Assembly: GCF_964355755.1 (NCBI RefSeq)
Contig: NC_092677.1
Coordinates: 4,858,101-4,922,100, forward strand
DNA: 64,000 nucleotides
DNA from: Antedon mediterranea
Lineage: Eukaryota; Animalia; Echinodermata
Direction: 5' to 3'
Shown: positions 40,601 to 55,600 of the stretch, piece by piece
Numbering within the stretch: position 1 is the first letter of the stretch
How the letters are laid out: the number at the start of each line of letters is the position of its first letter
Translations under genes and position numbers: made by a program
The notes under the pieces: model-generated
What the model was told of the DNA's origin: nothing
What the model saw: the letters and a program-made list of their open reading frames with translations, nothing else
The model's database searches: none

Positions 40601-43600
40601 GATAACGTACCAGTTAATATAAAAAGTGCTTTGTCTAAGAAGAGTTTTTCTTTTAAATTGAAACGGCACCTCTTATCTAGTTATGTTTAATTATCCTTTC
40701 ACTCATTGTAGTTTTGATATTTAGTCTTTTCGGTACCCTGAATCTAAAAGTCTTCATTACTGTTTTTGTCCTGTTTCCGGTTCCCGTGTTGTCCTGTTTT
40801 TTTTTTTCAGTTTCTATGGGCTGCCTTATACAAGCTTTGCTTTTTAGGAATGTTGCCCCTCTTATTTTAATAATTTTTACTGTTAATTTTTATTTTCTAT
40901 GAAAGACAAGAGAAATAAATGTTACTTTGATTGATTGATTGATAGCACTCCCGCTATTGTTAAACATCACATCCAAAATAAAACTGCTTATTTTTATTTA
41001 TGATCTCTACTACATTAAGTGAAGTGGATTGTTTTAGTAATTTTGTTGTGAATAAGTTATAACCTTCATTGAATAGAAGAATAAAATATTACTTATTTTA
41101 TATTAATTTGTATTTTATAGTAGATTTTATGAGTTAAATTGTTTACTAATGATTCAATTTCTAAGAAATGTTTCTATGAATTCCATAATATGTTGATATT
41201 AATAATTATGTTTTATTGTTTTTTCAGATTTAAAATCATTCTACATCATTCTGATTGTTGTGATAATTGTTGGTTTGTTCCTATTCCTATGGTTACTGCT
41301 CGTTGTTTGTAAGTATTTTGATCTTTAATGCTTCATTGAAATATTAGCATACAAATAATTATAATCAATAAGCTATTGTTACTCTCTGTGTTTTGTATGT
41401 TATAGTGATCATTTGAAAGGTATTGAGAAGTCTGTTACCATTACAGCATTTTGATGAAATTGGTATATTTTTTGGCCTAATTTTAACAATTTTTAATGAA
41501 TATTGTTTTTGCTTTTCATTTAAACAAGTTTTAGAAATAAAAGAATTAATGTATAAGGATATAATAACTGATTATACAATGTATAATAATAGTATTGTTT
41601 ATTATAAAGTTTTTTATGTTCAATGATTTTTATTTCAGATTTTATGTATTACAAGAATATTGAGTGGAGCAATACAAATATTAATACAGTGACAGTTGAA
41701 GGTGGTAAACCAGTTACGATGAGTTGGAGATACCGTCCAAGTATTGCAAGGTTCAAGACTTTTGAAATAAAGAAAAAAGACAAGGTGCTTGGTTCAAATC
41801 CAAAGCAATTCAGTAGTTGTAAAACAGTCTGTCAGTTTGTCTGTTATTGCTGTCTTTACTTTTGTGGATTCTTTTGTAGTGAATACTGTAAGAAATCTTG
41901 TAAGTATTGGTTTTTTAGTCTTTTCATTGATATATACAGTTTTTACAGTATCTATCAGATTCAATATCAATGCATTTATTAAAATTCTTTTATATAATAT
42001 TTAATAATAATAATAATAATATTTTCTTATTGATTTTTCATAGTTGAATACAACAATAAAGATAAACAGAAAAATGGAAACAGGTGAGTTCCGTGTACTT
42101 TATTCACATTATATTAATTATAAGTTTTGTGCGTGTAGATATGGGGGTATAGCTGGAATGATGAGTAACCACATCAATGTTTACAATAAAAGTAAAAGAT
42201 AAAATAAAAGTAGTTGAATGTTATTATCTTGTATTGTGTTCCTATAGCAGTGGTAATAGAAGTGGTGAAGAGTATGAGATGATGGTGACTGAAAGAGACG
42301 GTCCTGATGGTGCAGAGTTCGCAACTGAAGACACTGCTGTACACCAACCAACAGCAGTCTCTGTTTATTTAGAGGTTTGTTTTCTGAAATTTAAGTAAGC
42401 CAAGGTTGTTAGTTTTAGTTTTAAAGAAAAAAATGTTTTATAAAAGATCATTAAATCAGGATGCCGAAACTGAAGACACTGCTGTAACATGCAAAGAGTT
42501 TATGAGTTCTATCTAAACTATAAGCACTTTTAACTCAGCTCGACTATGGGAGTAAGAATTCAAAGAAAACCAACATGCCTTTAAATGATGTTGGTAAAAG
42601 AAAGGGCAATGACAATCAACTACAGTATTTAATAAACTAAATTTATATAGTTATTGTGTAAACAGGTTTTTGAAAGTTTATTTGAAAAATAAGTGTCTTG
42701 ATTTTTTTTCGAAGGCATGTCCAGATGATGAAGAAAGTCAACTTATATCCGAATATCAAGAAACATCAGGTGAGAACACTTTCAATGACTTAAAAAAAAT
42801 TAAAATAGAACATTGCCGACTTCTGAATACCATAATAATTGAATGTTATGTCTGTTCAGATTTGTTTATTAAAGACACCTTCCCTACAATTTGTGACGTT
42901 TTGTAAAAATAATACATATATATTACTTTAAAAACATTAAACCAGGTCATTCCTTGTCTTAAATGTACGTTTTATGGTAAATTATGATAAAAAGTGAGAA
43001 ACAATGCACTACCTAAGTAGCTCGCGGCGAATGACCTCTCGTGGACGGTCTTTAGGCCTACTGTAGCCTAGCTAGGCTTAGTTTTCTAGGCCTAGCTCGT
43101 AAACATCAGTAACGTACGAACATCGTACGCTAGCTATATACCTAGCCTGACGTTGTGTAGTTGCTACATTAATTGTCTTTCTATTTTTGCCAGACTCTGT
43201 TGATACAAATTGGGGAAAATCCGGTCTTCCATTTGATTTGACCTCACGATCGATCGAAAAGTGGGTGAATTACAGAAGAAAAACAAAAATATCAATTCGT
43301 GCGCAATGCATTTTGGGATTTATAGTGGGCCGCTATAATTATTAGAATCGACTTATTTTTCACATTTGTAACCATTTAAAGACGAAAAAAGTTATCGCAA
43401 TAGGACCATAGTATTATTTTTACATTAAATATACTGTAGTTTGTGCTCTTAAATTAGATCTAAAAAACGTAGGGAAGGTGTCTTTAATTGTTCTTCTAAA
43501 AGAATAAGCAAACATCAGTTATAAATCTGTGGCGAATCCCTCACAAATTGTAATGCAAATGATAGGATATCAAATTAAGCTCTGGCAGCCCTTCATTTAA

Positions 43601-46600
43601 AAATCATGGATCTGCCATTGTCAATAGTGAGTTTTTTTTGTGGTTACTGTACATTGAATTATCCTCTACTTGTGAGGTTTAATGACTCTTAACTTTCTGC
43701 TTTCAAGGGTGTATCTTACTGTTATTTTTATTTTTGCCTATACCTTAAAAAAGCCTAAATCTCTACTGTTTATGTACTGTATTGTATTTTTTATGTTCTA
43801 GCAAAATACCCAAATGAAAGGTAATATTTTATCATCAAGCTTTGAATGAATATGCAGTTCACTTCTTTCTTAAAATACTGACTGCAAAAAAAAACTATGC
43901 TTATGATTCCCCGTTGTAAACATTATCTAAGTACAAAAATATGTTAAAGGCATGCAAGATGAAACTTTATATTAGTGTTTAAACATGTGTATAGATGATG
44001 ATTATTTTAATAGAAATTAAGCTAAAATTTCATCCCACAAAATGCTCTATTTTAGTATTGTTAAATTCAATTCAACTTTTATTGAAATATTGGGGCAAAA
44101 TATTCTGACCAATTAGCTGGTCATAATATTTTGCCCCACTAAGACATAATTTTACTAGATTATTATTCACTTTTATTTCAAATATCAAAAAAATTGACCA
44201 AAATTACAACTCGTGGCAAGAGCCAAATTGCGTGTAAAATACATGTCATATCAAAAATATATATATAAAAATATAAAATTAAAAAAAACAACAAACAACA
44301 AAGAAGGGGAGAGCAGTCGCAAGCTTGCAGGGGAGAAAATTAAGAATTTAATAATTTGATGAAGTAGGGTATAGGACTAATTAGTAAATCTGGATGTTTT
44401 AGACGCTAGCTGGGTAATTTTGTTTTTATTTCTTAAATTCCTACCATGACAGCTATGTCTGGTCGGTGGGATTAAATCAGCTGTTTGTTTAATTTTGGGG
44501 AGATACTCAGCGAACTTGCAACAATGCTCCACCCTTCTTTGTGCCAAAAGTCTCTAATTTAAGAAATTCAAGGGCACCAGAGTAAGAAAAGTAATCGTTG
44601 CCTAACATTATACGGCAAGCCCTCTTTTGTACATTTTCAATACAATCGCTTAATCTACAGTACTAGTCAGGCCAGAATGCCAAACAACATCAGCATACTC
44701 AACAACTGGTCTAATACAGTATAACCACAAAAGGTCAATTTAGTACATTATGGATACTTAATTTAATTTTTAGTTGGGCCTCAAAACCACAACCTCCAGA
44801 TCACCAGACCATCAAGCTGTCGCTGATTGCTAGATCCAAGTTTAAGCCTTACAACATTTTTACTGTTGCTACTCACTTCTTGCCTATGTTGGTTCTTGTT
44901 ACATTTACCAAAAATGATATAATCATTCATTGTGTGATGTTATAATATTTTCTTTTTTACTTTGGCTGCTATCTCTTACAATGTATATAGTATTGTCCAT
45001 TACAGTCTCCATCCGCTTACTTACCAAAATATACATTGTTCTTCATTAGATATTTTGATTATAAATATATGGTTTCTTTCACCTGCTTATACATTGGTTG
45101 CTGTATTCTACAATACATTGATATGTATATTATACTATTGTACTCTTACATTTTGATCATAACAATAAATAAGTACCGGTATTAGAATTTAGTCATCAAA
45201 ATTAGTGCGAGTTAGTGTGGTGAGACTATAGTACAAAGTGAATTACAAATATGTTTTTTTATTTCATTTTTTAAACATTTTTAAACAGAATTAATTTATA
45301 TATTATCATTGCAAAATAACATTTATCATTTTTATATTTTAAAGTAAATGTATAAATCAGCACTGTTTTTAAATCCCAGATATGTCCCTGATATATTTAT
45401 AACTTTACTATTTTTCGTTTTGTTTTAGATCTAAAACTTCATACTCAAGTAAGTATTAACGGAAATATTTTCAATTTTGAATTACATTTAATTAAGCATT
45501 GTTGAGTGACATTCACACAAATCCAAATGTCAGTTTCATTATCATTTTGTATCCTTTGTAAGTACCGAGGGGTCACAGTGAGTGAAAGTTAAACTGTACA
45601 TTATCAAAGTGTTGGATCATTTTACCTTGAATCTTTAAAAGCAACAAATAGTTTTTTTAACTTTGCGTTTAAGTGTCTACAAGTGGTAGAGGAAAAATCA
45701 ACCTAACGTTTCCAAATTCTGTGAGATCTAATTCAGGAGAGTACCACTGCAGTATAGAGGGCAGCAGACAACAGTATCCAGGTGTTACAAATTTATTTGT
45801 TTATTGTGAGTTAATAATTCTGTGATTTTTTCATTACAGTGTAATATATTACCTCATGTTTACTTTTTGTAAAGTTTTTCTTGAAAATGGAAATATAATT
45901 ATAAGAAGCAAATTCCATATATTGCATAATATTTGTATATATAATTTTATTATTTAGGGATTGAGATGGTAAATTTAAACAACTCAACAGAACAAGGCTT
46001 CAGTAATGCTAAAATGATGTGCAGATATGGACCAGCAGATATGCCATTAACAGGTTACAAGTGGAAGAAGATTAAGAAAGATGGCACAACAGAGATTGAG
46101 GATTGTTCTAAAGATTCTAGATTTGAAGTAACAAGTTACCAAAATAGCATTCTGTCTTTGAAGATAAAGAAGGCTAAACTTAAAGATGCTGGCAAGTATC
46201 AATGTGAAGTGACGCCAGTTGATGGAGGACAAATACTGAAAGATACTACACAACTGACAATTGAAAAAGGTAATTTTATGTTGAAAGAATCTTAAAGATG
46301 ATAAATGTTCTTATTTCATAATTTACTGATTTATAGTCAGCCTAATTCACTGTATGTATTTAGGAGGGGATTTTGATATGGGAAAATAATTGTCTGGAAA
46401 TATATTTCTAGACGCCCAGATAGCATCTGAGGCATTTTTACCGGTCAATTCATGTCATAAAATTATCTGAATATAGTGTGTTTTATAGACCATATTTAAT
46501 ATACAAATTTTTTGTTGCCAATAGCCTAAAGCCTGTGTGTGTACAGAAAGAATAATAACAACTAGACATGAAACTCGTCACTTTGACGAGTTTGGTTATC

Positions 46601-49600
46601 CACCGCGCAAGGGGTGCAACATGGACGTTTAACGCACAGATAAAGATTATGCCATTATGACTTGAACTGAAAAATATGATATGTTGTTATTGCTGAATTC
46701 TATTATTTTTATTCATATAGTATACACAGTATAATCTGTATCCATATCACATACAGTGTAGAATAGGTGAAATTACGGGACCCGCTATTTATTGCAATTT
46801 TTAACATGTTTACGGTTTTAAAATGAAACGCGAAGGTAGCAATTTCGGAAGGAAATTATCTCAGCAACAACATATTAACGTGTAGAAGAAATTTGAATAC
46901 GTGAAATATTGATGCACGCTCTTTTAAATGTGATGAACTATTACGCAAAATATGAAAATACGACTGTTTTTATTTAACTGGCCATATGATGACGTCACAA
47001 CATCCGATTGGCAAAATTTTTACATGATTTCGTATCTACAATCCAATAGCTTCCAGCCCGTTTTAATTGTGATTATCACGTTTTATTCTTACGATTAAAA
47101 TGTACTGTAAAGATGAAATTAACGCCACACATAATTAAAATTTTTAGGCATGATGACGTCATAAAAATTAAAATATTTTTAAAACATGCGAAAGATAGTT
47201 GATTGACCTAGACAATATCAAAATCTGGGTGAAAATGGAAAACGGATAAGTGGAGATGCGCTCTATTAAATGTGATGAGCTATGACGTAAGATACAAAAA
47301 TCCTAAATTTTATATTTGGGTGGCCATACGATGACGTCACAATGTCCGGTTAACCATATTAATGCATGATCCCATATCTACAACTTATCAACTTCCAGAA
47401 TATGCAATAAAAATAACTTTGACCGTTTAGTTTAGAAACTACGACTGTTTAAAAAAAGGTATAATTTTGACGAATTTTTGAACTTTTTCATAAAAAATGC
47501 ACGCAAATTATCCAATTCGACGTGCCCGTATGACGTAATTTTAAGTCGAAATTGTTTAAAAGTTGGAAAAATTACTGAAAAAGGCTGAAATAACATAAAT
47601 CATTCAAAAAAATTATGTTTTAACGCTACGTGCGCACCGTGCGTGTGAAAATTTGCGCGCGTGTGGGAATTTTTGACATGCCTAAAATGACATGAAACGC
47701 GTAAAAAATTGATTAGAAATTAATTTTGCGCATTTTGAAATTTTAAACGCGCGTGCCTGCGTAACTTTGTGTGAAACACGCAATTTTTTTTCAACAGAAA
47801 GTTAGCGCATGATATAAATTAAACTTTGTGCAAAACACGTAATTTTTTTCACACAAAAAGTTAGCGCATAACATAAATTAAACTTTTGCTAAGTTTCAAA
47901 TTAAAATGTTATATTGTTTTCGATCTATGTTAAATACGCGAAATTCATAAAAACGCGCGTAAGTCACGTTGCGCAACTCTGACGTCATTAAAAAATAAGC
48001 GGTGCACAACTTCACGTGAATGCGCATGTTGACAAAGTTAGGAAATGTTATGTTTACAAGTTTTAGAGATACGCTCTGCACAAAAATGACAGAAAGAAAG
48101 AAGAATACAGAAAAAAAAGATGAAACAGGACAGTTACAAGGAGTTATCCGCTCAATGCGGATAACTAAAAAAAGATGATGATGATGATGATTTCGTACAA
48201 TCACAAGAGGTTATCCTGCAACTTCGTTGCGGATAACCAATAAAGATTTTGTACAATAACAATAGGTGATCATTTTATTCTAAATGATCACCTAATAAAG
48301 ATTTCATACAATAACAATAGGTGATCATTTTATTCTAAATGATCACCTAAATAAATATATTTTACAAAAGGGTATTAAATGTAGAATATTATTTAGAATA
48401 TTTATATAAAGATATGATGATCATACAACAGTTCCTTACAGTAGTAATCCCACTAAACACACCTTTTCAATATGAACTTAATACCAGTTATTTAGGCATT
48501 ATCTATCGTCTTTGTATTAACTTTTTAAACTTCTTAGTATAGAAAAATATAAGAAAATGAAAGAAAAAAGGAGGTACAGTAGTATGGAATATAAAGTGAA
48601 TTTACAAGATTTAAAATGTTACTCAGCTGAAGTTTTCTCAAATGTAATGACATTAGAAATTAACAAAAATGTGATGAATAATAATGATGATTTTGGTGAT
48701 GACATGAAAGATGATATTAATGTGAATAAAAATGGTATTAATGCAACAAAAGAGAAAACAAATGAACTTAATACCAAAGAAAAAGATTTCAAAAAGCAAC
48801 TTATGTAATTTCTTGTCTTATTTAAATGAACCACTAATTTATGCCCTTATAAGACTCATGTTTTTAATCATTCTAGTTTTAAAAAGCTATAGATTTTTTT
48901 ATCTCACAGTCATCATTCACATTTGTAATAAAACATCTATTCTATCAAAGTTTGTAATTGTATTATATGCACATACCTGTAATTTATTTTTAAATTGTGA
49001 TATTCAAAATATTGATGATTTGTTTTGTCTTGTTTTTTTAGTTCCTCTCATCATGGAGATTCCGACCATTATTACCAGAGAGAGTGTAAATTATGTTAAG
49101 TTGATACTGAAGTTAACAAATGTTAAAAATTATGGTGAAATGTCCAATGTCATGTGGTATAAGCATATTGAAGGTAAAGAAAACAAGCTGCTGACATCAA
49201 TAAATTCACCTGATTCAACATCACGCTATCAATGTGGATATGTTGATGAAAGCAGTGCATATCTTGAGATCAGGAATGTTAAATCTGGAGATGAAGGAAA
49301 ATACATATGTCAAGTTGAATTTAAAGAAATGGAGCAACACAGACACAGTTGTTCTGGAAGGTTAACAGTTCAAGGTAAAAGCAGATATACAACTGGATCA
49401 TAATCAGGATGTTAGTATTATTAAGGAGGTTATTTCAATGGCAGTGAATATAAATACATTTTGAGCTTGGAATTGATAAAATTGAAAGGATTCATCCTTG
49501 AAACTTAATAATGTGTTGGATTGTTTGCCGAGTGTTATGTTTATGTTTTATAGTAAACCTTGTTAGTGTGAACCTTCCTTTCTTTTTTTAAATACTAGAG

Positions 49601-52600
49601 CCTAAAAACGAATTGAAATGCTAAACTATTTGTTGTATTGTTAACATTTTAAAGGTGGACCACTTTCAATATGCCAAGGAGGTATTATGTAGTCGATCGC
49701 GTGTGTTTGTTTGTTAGCAGGATTACTAAAAAAGTCATTTACCAAAATTAAAATACAGATAGATATGTGGTCAAGGAATTTTCAAAAGCCGGTGAGGCAG
49801 TCTTAAAGTAACAAGTAAACTGAAATTGCATTTTCTCGAGAACTACTTGTCCAAAAAACTTCATTTTTGTACAAGAGGCAAGAGTTATAATTTGTAATTT
49901 TAAAACATTTTTTTTTTTTTCAATTCAAAGTAACATTTATTTTCTTCAAAATAAAACAGTCTACAAAATGGAAAGAAAGGTAATTTAATATGATTGAAGA
50001 AGGCATGATCAAAAAAGCAAAAAGCTTGTGACAGACATGCCTAAACAAAGATTAGAAAAAAACAACACGGAAAAAGAAAAAAAATAAATAAATAAAAAAA
50101 ATAAAGAAATAACAATATAAAAATATACATAACATGGGTTAAACTAAATAAGTAAGATAACTAAAAAAAAACAATTTTGGTATAAATTAAGAATTGATTC
50201 GTCTTCTTGTTACTCATCATTAACATTATTATCATAAAATGTAATATAATAAAAATTAATACTTGGATGTGATATATCTTTTAAGTTTAAATGAAAAGCT
50301 TTTCTTAGATACAGCAACTTTAATATTTGAAGGTAGTTTATTCCATAGTTTAGGTCCACTAAATCTTATGTTATATTGAAATGATGTTTTTTTATGAAGA
50401 GGGATATGCATATCCTGTACAGTTCAAGTTCTATAATTGTGAAAAGATGCGTTTCGTTGTAATAAATTTGTAAATTGAGGTGGGTTTAGGGAGTTAATCG
50501 ATGAGTAGAGAAAAGTACACTGTTGATGATAGTTAAGATCTTTCAACTTTAAAAGGTTTAGGGAGGAAAATAAGGGATCTGAGTGAGCTAGTGGTGGTGC
50601 ACCTGATATTATTCGAACTACTTTCTTCTGTTTGATAAATAATCTGCTAGTGTTGGACTCATACGTGTTGCACCAAACTACATTTGATTTAATTTACAGG
50701 TTTTTTGATACGAGTAGTTTTGAAAAACCTATTTCTTTTCAAATTCACCCGTTTGTCTTTGGCGTTGCTGTTCTATTGTTAGTCAACTGAAACTATTGTT
50801 TGTTGAAAGGCTGGTTACATAACCATTACACCAAATTCGCGTACACATGCTTGTAATGAAATTAGCCTAAGACACACAAAAATATATATATATTTTCCCG
50901 GAGAAATCTTATGTAGGAGAATTTTACAGTAGGCGGAGGTATGCACTCTCGGAGTGGCTTCTAGTTGTTATTGAAAGCAATATAATCAAGACAATCAATT
51001 AAAATATTTTGGTATTAATATTGATAATCAGTATGTTACTTGCATTTTGGTTTCAATAAATTTACATCAAGGCATTCAAGGTGTATATTAAGTCTATTTC
51101 ATTTATTTATTAGACTTTATCACTGCATATAAAAATAAATTTTAAAAATCAGAAGAACAAAGGCAGTAAAAAGAAAGACATGAACAAGTGGCCAGCACCT
51201 CTATCGATATCCTTAAACAAATAATTACATGTATTCACATATTTTGACAACTGACAAGAAATGACATTTCTATAGATTTTAAACAAACAAGTCTTGGTCA
51301 ATTTACTCTTGCATATATAGAAACACTGATTTGAAATCAATACTTTCCACTATACGATACATAATTTGCCTAATAAATTTATTTTAAAAGGCAAATTTAT
51401 AAATTCTGGTAGGTAAATATTTTTTAAAACAGGTACTGTATCACCCATATTATTGATCGGTATCAAAAATAATAATTATTACTACTGTTAGTGTATTACT
51501 ATTAGTATTTAATAATTAGTATAAATACAAAGAGGAATCTCATGTTGAGGTCCTTGTTTTTTTTTTCTATATACTTTACAATGTACAGAGTTAATACATT
51601 TTGTTTTCTTTGAATGAAATAATGGAATACAAAATTTAAAAAAAATGTTGATATACAAACCTTAAATTTAAGATCCTAACAGGATTTATCAACATCATAT
51701 GTTTACTATGAAGCATAGATGATTTGATTTAGAACACAATAAAAAAAATTATATACATGATATTATTATAAATGGGAAAATATTGATTTTTGTTGAAGTT
51801 TAATCTTTCTCCACTATGTCAGAAATGTTGACTAATTGCTAAATTCTAACTTTTAGTGCACCAGGAATAGACTTTCAGATTCAGAAACTAATTGATGGTT
51901 GTCTATACCTTTAAAGATTTAACAAAATATTTTAAAATAATTTTAAGAAATAAATATTTACAGTAACATGGTTTGTCCAGTATTATCTTTATTTTAGAAA
52001 TTCTCACTAAAATGTAAACATATCTTTTGTTTAAAAAAGATTTGGAAGTGTATGTATTGGTATTTTTTAACCAATACAGTGATTTTGTTACACATAAAAG
52101 CTTTACCTTTATATCCCTCATTATGCAGTGATTTAGAAAAGATCTCTAATAATCCTTGTCATTTTCATGTACATTGTCATTTTTTCAGTGCTTTCAATCT
52201 ATATCCATCAGTGGCTCTCATCTTTTCTTATTCATTCCTGACTATTAAGGATTATCTGTTGGCATTGTTGTTTGGCATATTCTTATTTTAGTGCAGTGTC
52301 TGTATGTAAATGAGAATCTGTGTATAGTGCTTATATTTTACAGAATGTAAAAGAGAATGTACAGTTTCATGTCCTGCTTTGCTCTTTGCTATAATTCTAT
52401 GTTCTTTTTCTGAATCACTATGCAATGCCACCAAGTGTGTTTTTGTCTATGTTCTATGTTGAAAAATCTGATGCTGGTGACTACCTTTGTCAATGTGTGA
52501 CAGGAGGAAAGGATAATGAAATTCACTCGGCAACAAGCAAATTAGTTGTGGATTCATGCTGTAAGTATGTTTGGTGTTATTGGTACATTCAGCCACTCAT

Positions 52601-55600
52601 GTACACTGAGCCAAATTTCTGTAATTCTGTTGCTGTTGCTTTCATTATACCAGTCATTGTTGGTGTAGTATAAACTCTTGCGTGCTGCTCTTATGGTTCT
52701 TTACAAGTTATTAAAATATATTTGCATTAATACATCAATCTGTGTGTGATCTGTAGAGTTGGCATACAAACCCTCTCAACTTTATTGCCATTATTTGTCT
52801 CGCAATATGATAAATTATGCACATTTTCATGGTAATTTGACATGGCCTGAATAGAATATAGAAATAGATGAATGAGAAATTCATTAAGTATTTCAATATC
52901 TTATCTTTTAGTTTTAGACATGGATGATAGTTTTGTAGCATCAGTTGGAGAAAAGGCTGCTTTAACTTGTAAAATATAAAATAGAGGATAAAGATATTTT
53001 CGTCAGTTGGTATATTAAGAAGACTAATGAAAAAAAAAATTCATATGGTCTTCTGATAAATCAAAACAGAAGAAGATATTAAAAGAAGTACAAGAAAGAT
53101 GCAAAGTAACTTTTGATGGTAATGGGTCCTGCTTAGAGTTGGAGAAAGTGGAATTGGTTGATGCTGGACAGTACATTTATGAACTTTATAAGAATGAGGT
53201 TAATGTTATGGGCACAAAAAAGACACCATTACATACAAGAGCATCAAGCCTGTGTGTACAATGTAAGTCAATTGTTATTCAGGTTTTGCTTCATGAACCC
53301 TCATTTTGTGAAGGTTATTTTCTTTTCAAAAGTAACCTGTAACACAATGTGAAGAGTGGCCCAGCCCACCCAATCTCCCACCTTTAATTTCGACAATGTA
53401 AAAGTAGGTTAGCTTCAACATTTCAAATCACAATTTCTGCCTATGCCCTATCCTGTGGATGAACTGCTATTCTCTGATTCTGATGAATAGTAGTTTATTG
53501 CCCAAAACATATATTGTAGCCCAAAACGTATATTGTAGCCCTAATAAATGCAACTGTCATCGTAACATTTTAACATCATAACATTTTAACAGTCATATTA
53601 ATAATTTTATTATTTATTTTACAGTTATAATACATTAAAGATAATGCGCACTACAAAAAAATTATCAGAAATATTACCATAACTCCCAGAGATAAAGTGA
53701 TGCATACGTAGGAATGACGCACTTTGTTGATGTTTTAGAGCGATGTTTTTTGAAATTAAGATTTTTTTGGCAAATTAATTTAGTGTATGGTATAAAAATC
53801 ATTTTCTTTAGAAGTAAATGTTCAACAGATCTTTTTGTTGTTTTTTGGGGGGTTTTTTTGTCCTTAGGGTCCTCATGAGAGAAGTCACTGTCTTTTTGTG
53901 ACCCTTTTAAGTTTTACCAGTTCGTTTATTTGTTTAATCTATGTATGAAAATTTAAAAAAGATACTCAAGTTCGTTATTAGACCTAATCCATTTAGGTTT
54001 TTAGATCTAAGTGCAATCATTGCCATAAGTTCATGAGATGAGATAATTGATGGACAAGTCATATTATTCTGACAAAATCAACAATATGCAATGCATAACG
54101 TAATGAATGTTTAGTTAAAATTGTTAAAATTTTATACAAAAATAATATTGAATTGAAAATTGGTTTATTTTTGTAGTAGTGGATGTGTTTTCTGCAGTTG
54201 ATAGGGAACAAAGAAACATTTACAGGTAATTGTTATGACTATTTTAATCCCGATACATCACCATCTACAAATACTATTATAGATTATGGAATTGAAATTG
54301 GTTTAGAGAGGTTTGTATTTACATTTGTGTAGTTCTCTACTACTATTGTTGGTCTAACTCTAAGAAAGATTTATTGTGATAAGAAACTAGTTTGTATTTG
54401 AAATAAGCAATGTATAAAAAAATAATACAATTTTTATACATAGTATTTAAACTTAAAACGTATAAATGTTGGTAACAGCTTCTATTCTGCTTTCTTTTTT
54501 CCCCATATAATTAAAGTTCCATTTCTATTTACTGCATATGGTCATTAAATAAACAAGCATGAAGCTCTGTTGAATGGAGGAGATTAAAAAATAATATATA
54601 TATATCATAAACCTTTGAATTTGTTTTTCATATGGTTGTAATCTGTATCTGTGTGGCAAATTAACTAAATATATTCGTCCTCCATTTATTTGCCCTTATT
54701 AAGTGGCACGAAAATAAAAAAAAAATTTTACGGTTAAAATGAAGTGTTAAATTTTGTTTCTATTGAATTCTACTATTTACTATACAGTTTTCAGAATCTA
54801 GTACTAATTGTGACAGATAAGAACAATGGAAAGGTGATTCTCATGTGTATTAGAGAAAACAACAACACAAAAGAGAGGAAGATTATAAGGATGACATCTG
54901 ATGATAATGGAGAGAATTGCAATAGTCTAAGTGAAGTACAACTTGATTATAAATTCAATAGATAGCCTAAGTAAGTAGTTTTCAATGATTTTCCATGGCC
55001 AAAACACTGATCAAAAAATTGTACGGGAAAATATTTTATTGAGTTTGTTACTTCCATATTATTTTTAACTACAATTAAGGTCACAAAGGTACATTTTATG
55101 TAAAATAAATACTATATGGACCCAGTGGGATTTTTTTTATCTTTAACCGGTTAAAATGTGAAAAATAAGTTGATTACAATAATTTAAGTGGCCCGCTATA
55201 AATATCAGAATGTATCGTGCGCGGATTGGTACTGTATGTAGTTAACCCTAGCCGAAACTATGCCTAAGATCGTCCACGGGAGGACATTCAATGTGAGCTA
55301 CTTGTGTAGTGCATTGTTTCTCTGAATTGATCATAATTTACCATAAAACGTACATTTAAGACAAGGAATGACCTGGTTTAATCTTTTAAAAATAATATAT
55401 ACGCATTATTTTTACAAAACGCAGAAGAAACAATTAATCTAAGTCTATAAAGTATAACTTTTTTTTTATTTCAAAATTTTATTTTCACGTCTACTTGGTT
55501 ATATGTGTAGTGGGAAAAGGTGTTGTCTTGATTGAAAAATTAAAGATATTATACAAAAAATACATTTTGTTTTTCAGGCTTGGGTAATGGTGTATGCTTA

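Noticed and set aside
42248-42769. Tyr motifs in the gene C linker (EEYEMM, SVYLEA, SEYQET) as ITAM/ITIM
   Set aside because: They do not fit the consensus and are absent from the homologous gene A exons.
48538-48808. Asn/Lys/Asp-rich 83-aa ORF as another gene C exon
   Set aside because: Low complexity, no convincing phase-compatible splice pair and no counterpart in gene A; left unresolved.
48732-49041. Hydrophobic N-terminal extension of the 223-aa ORF
   Set aside because: This is intronic read-through upstream of the acceptor at 49041; only 49042-49374 is Ig-like.
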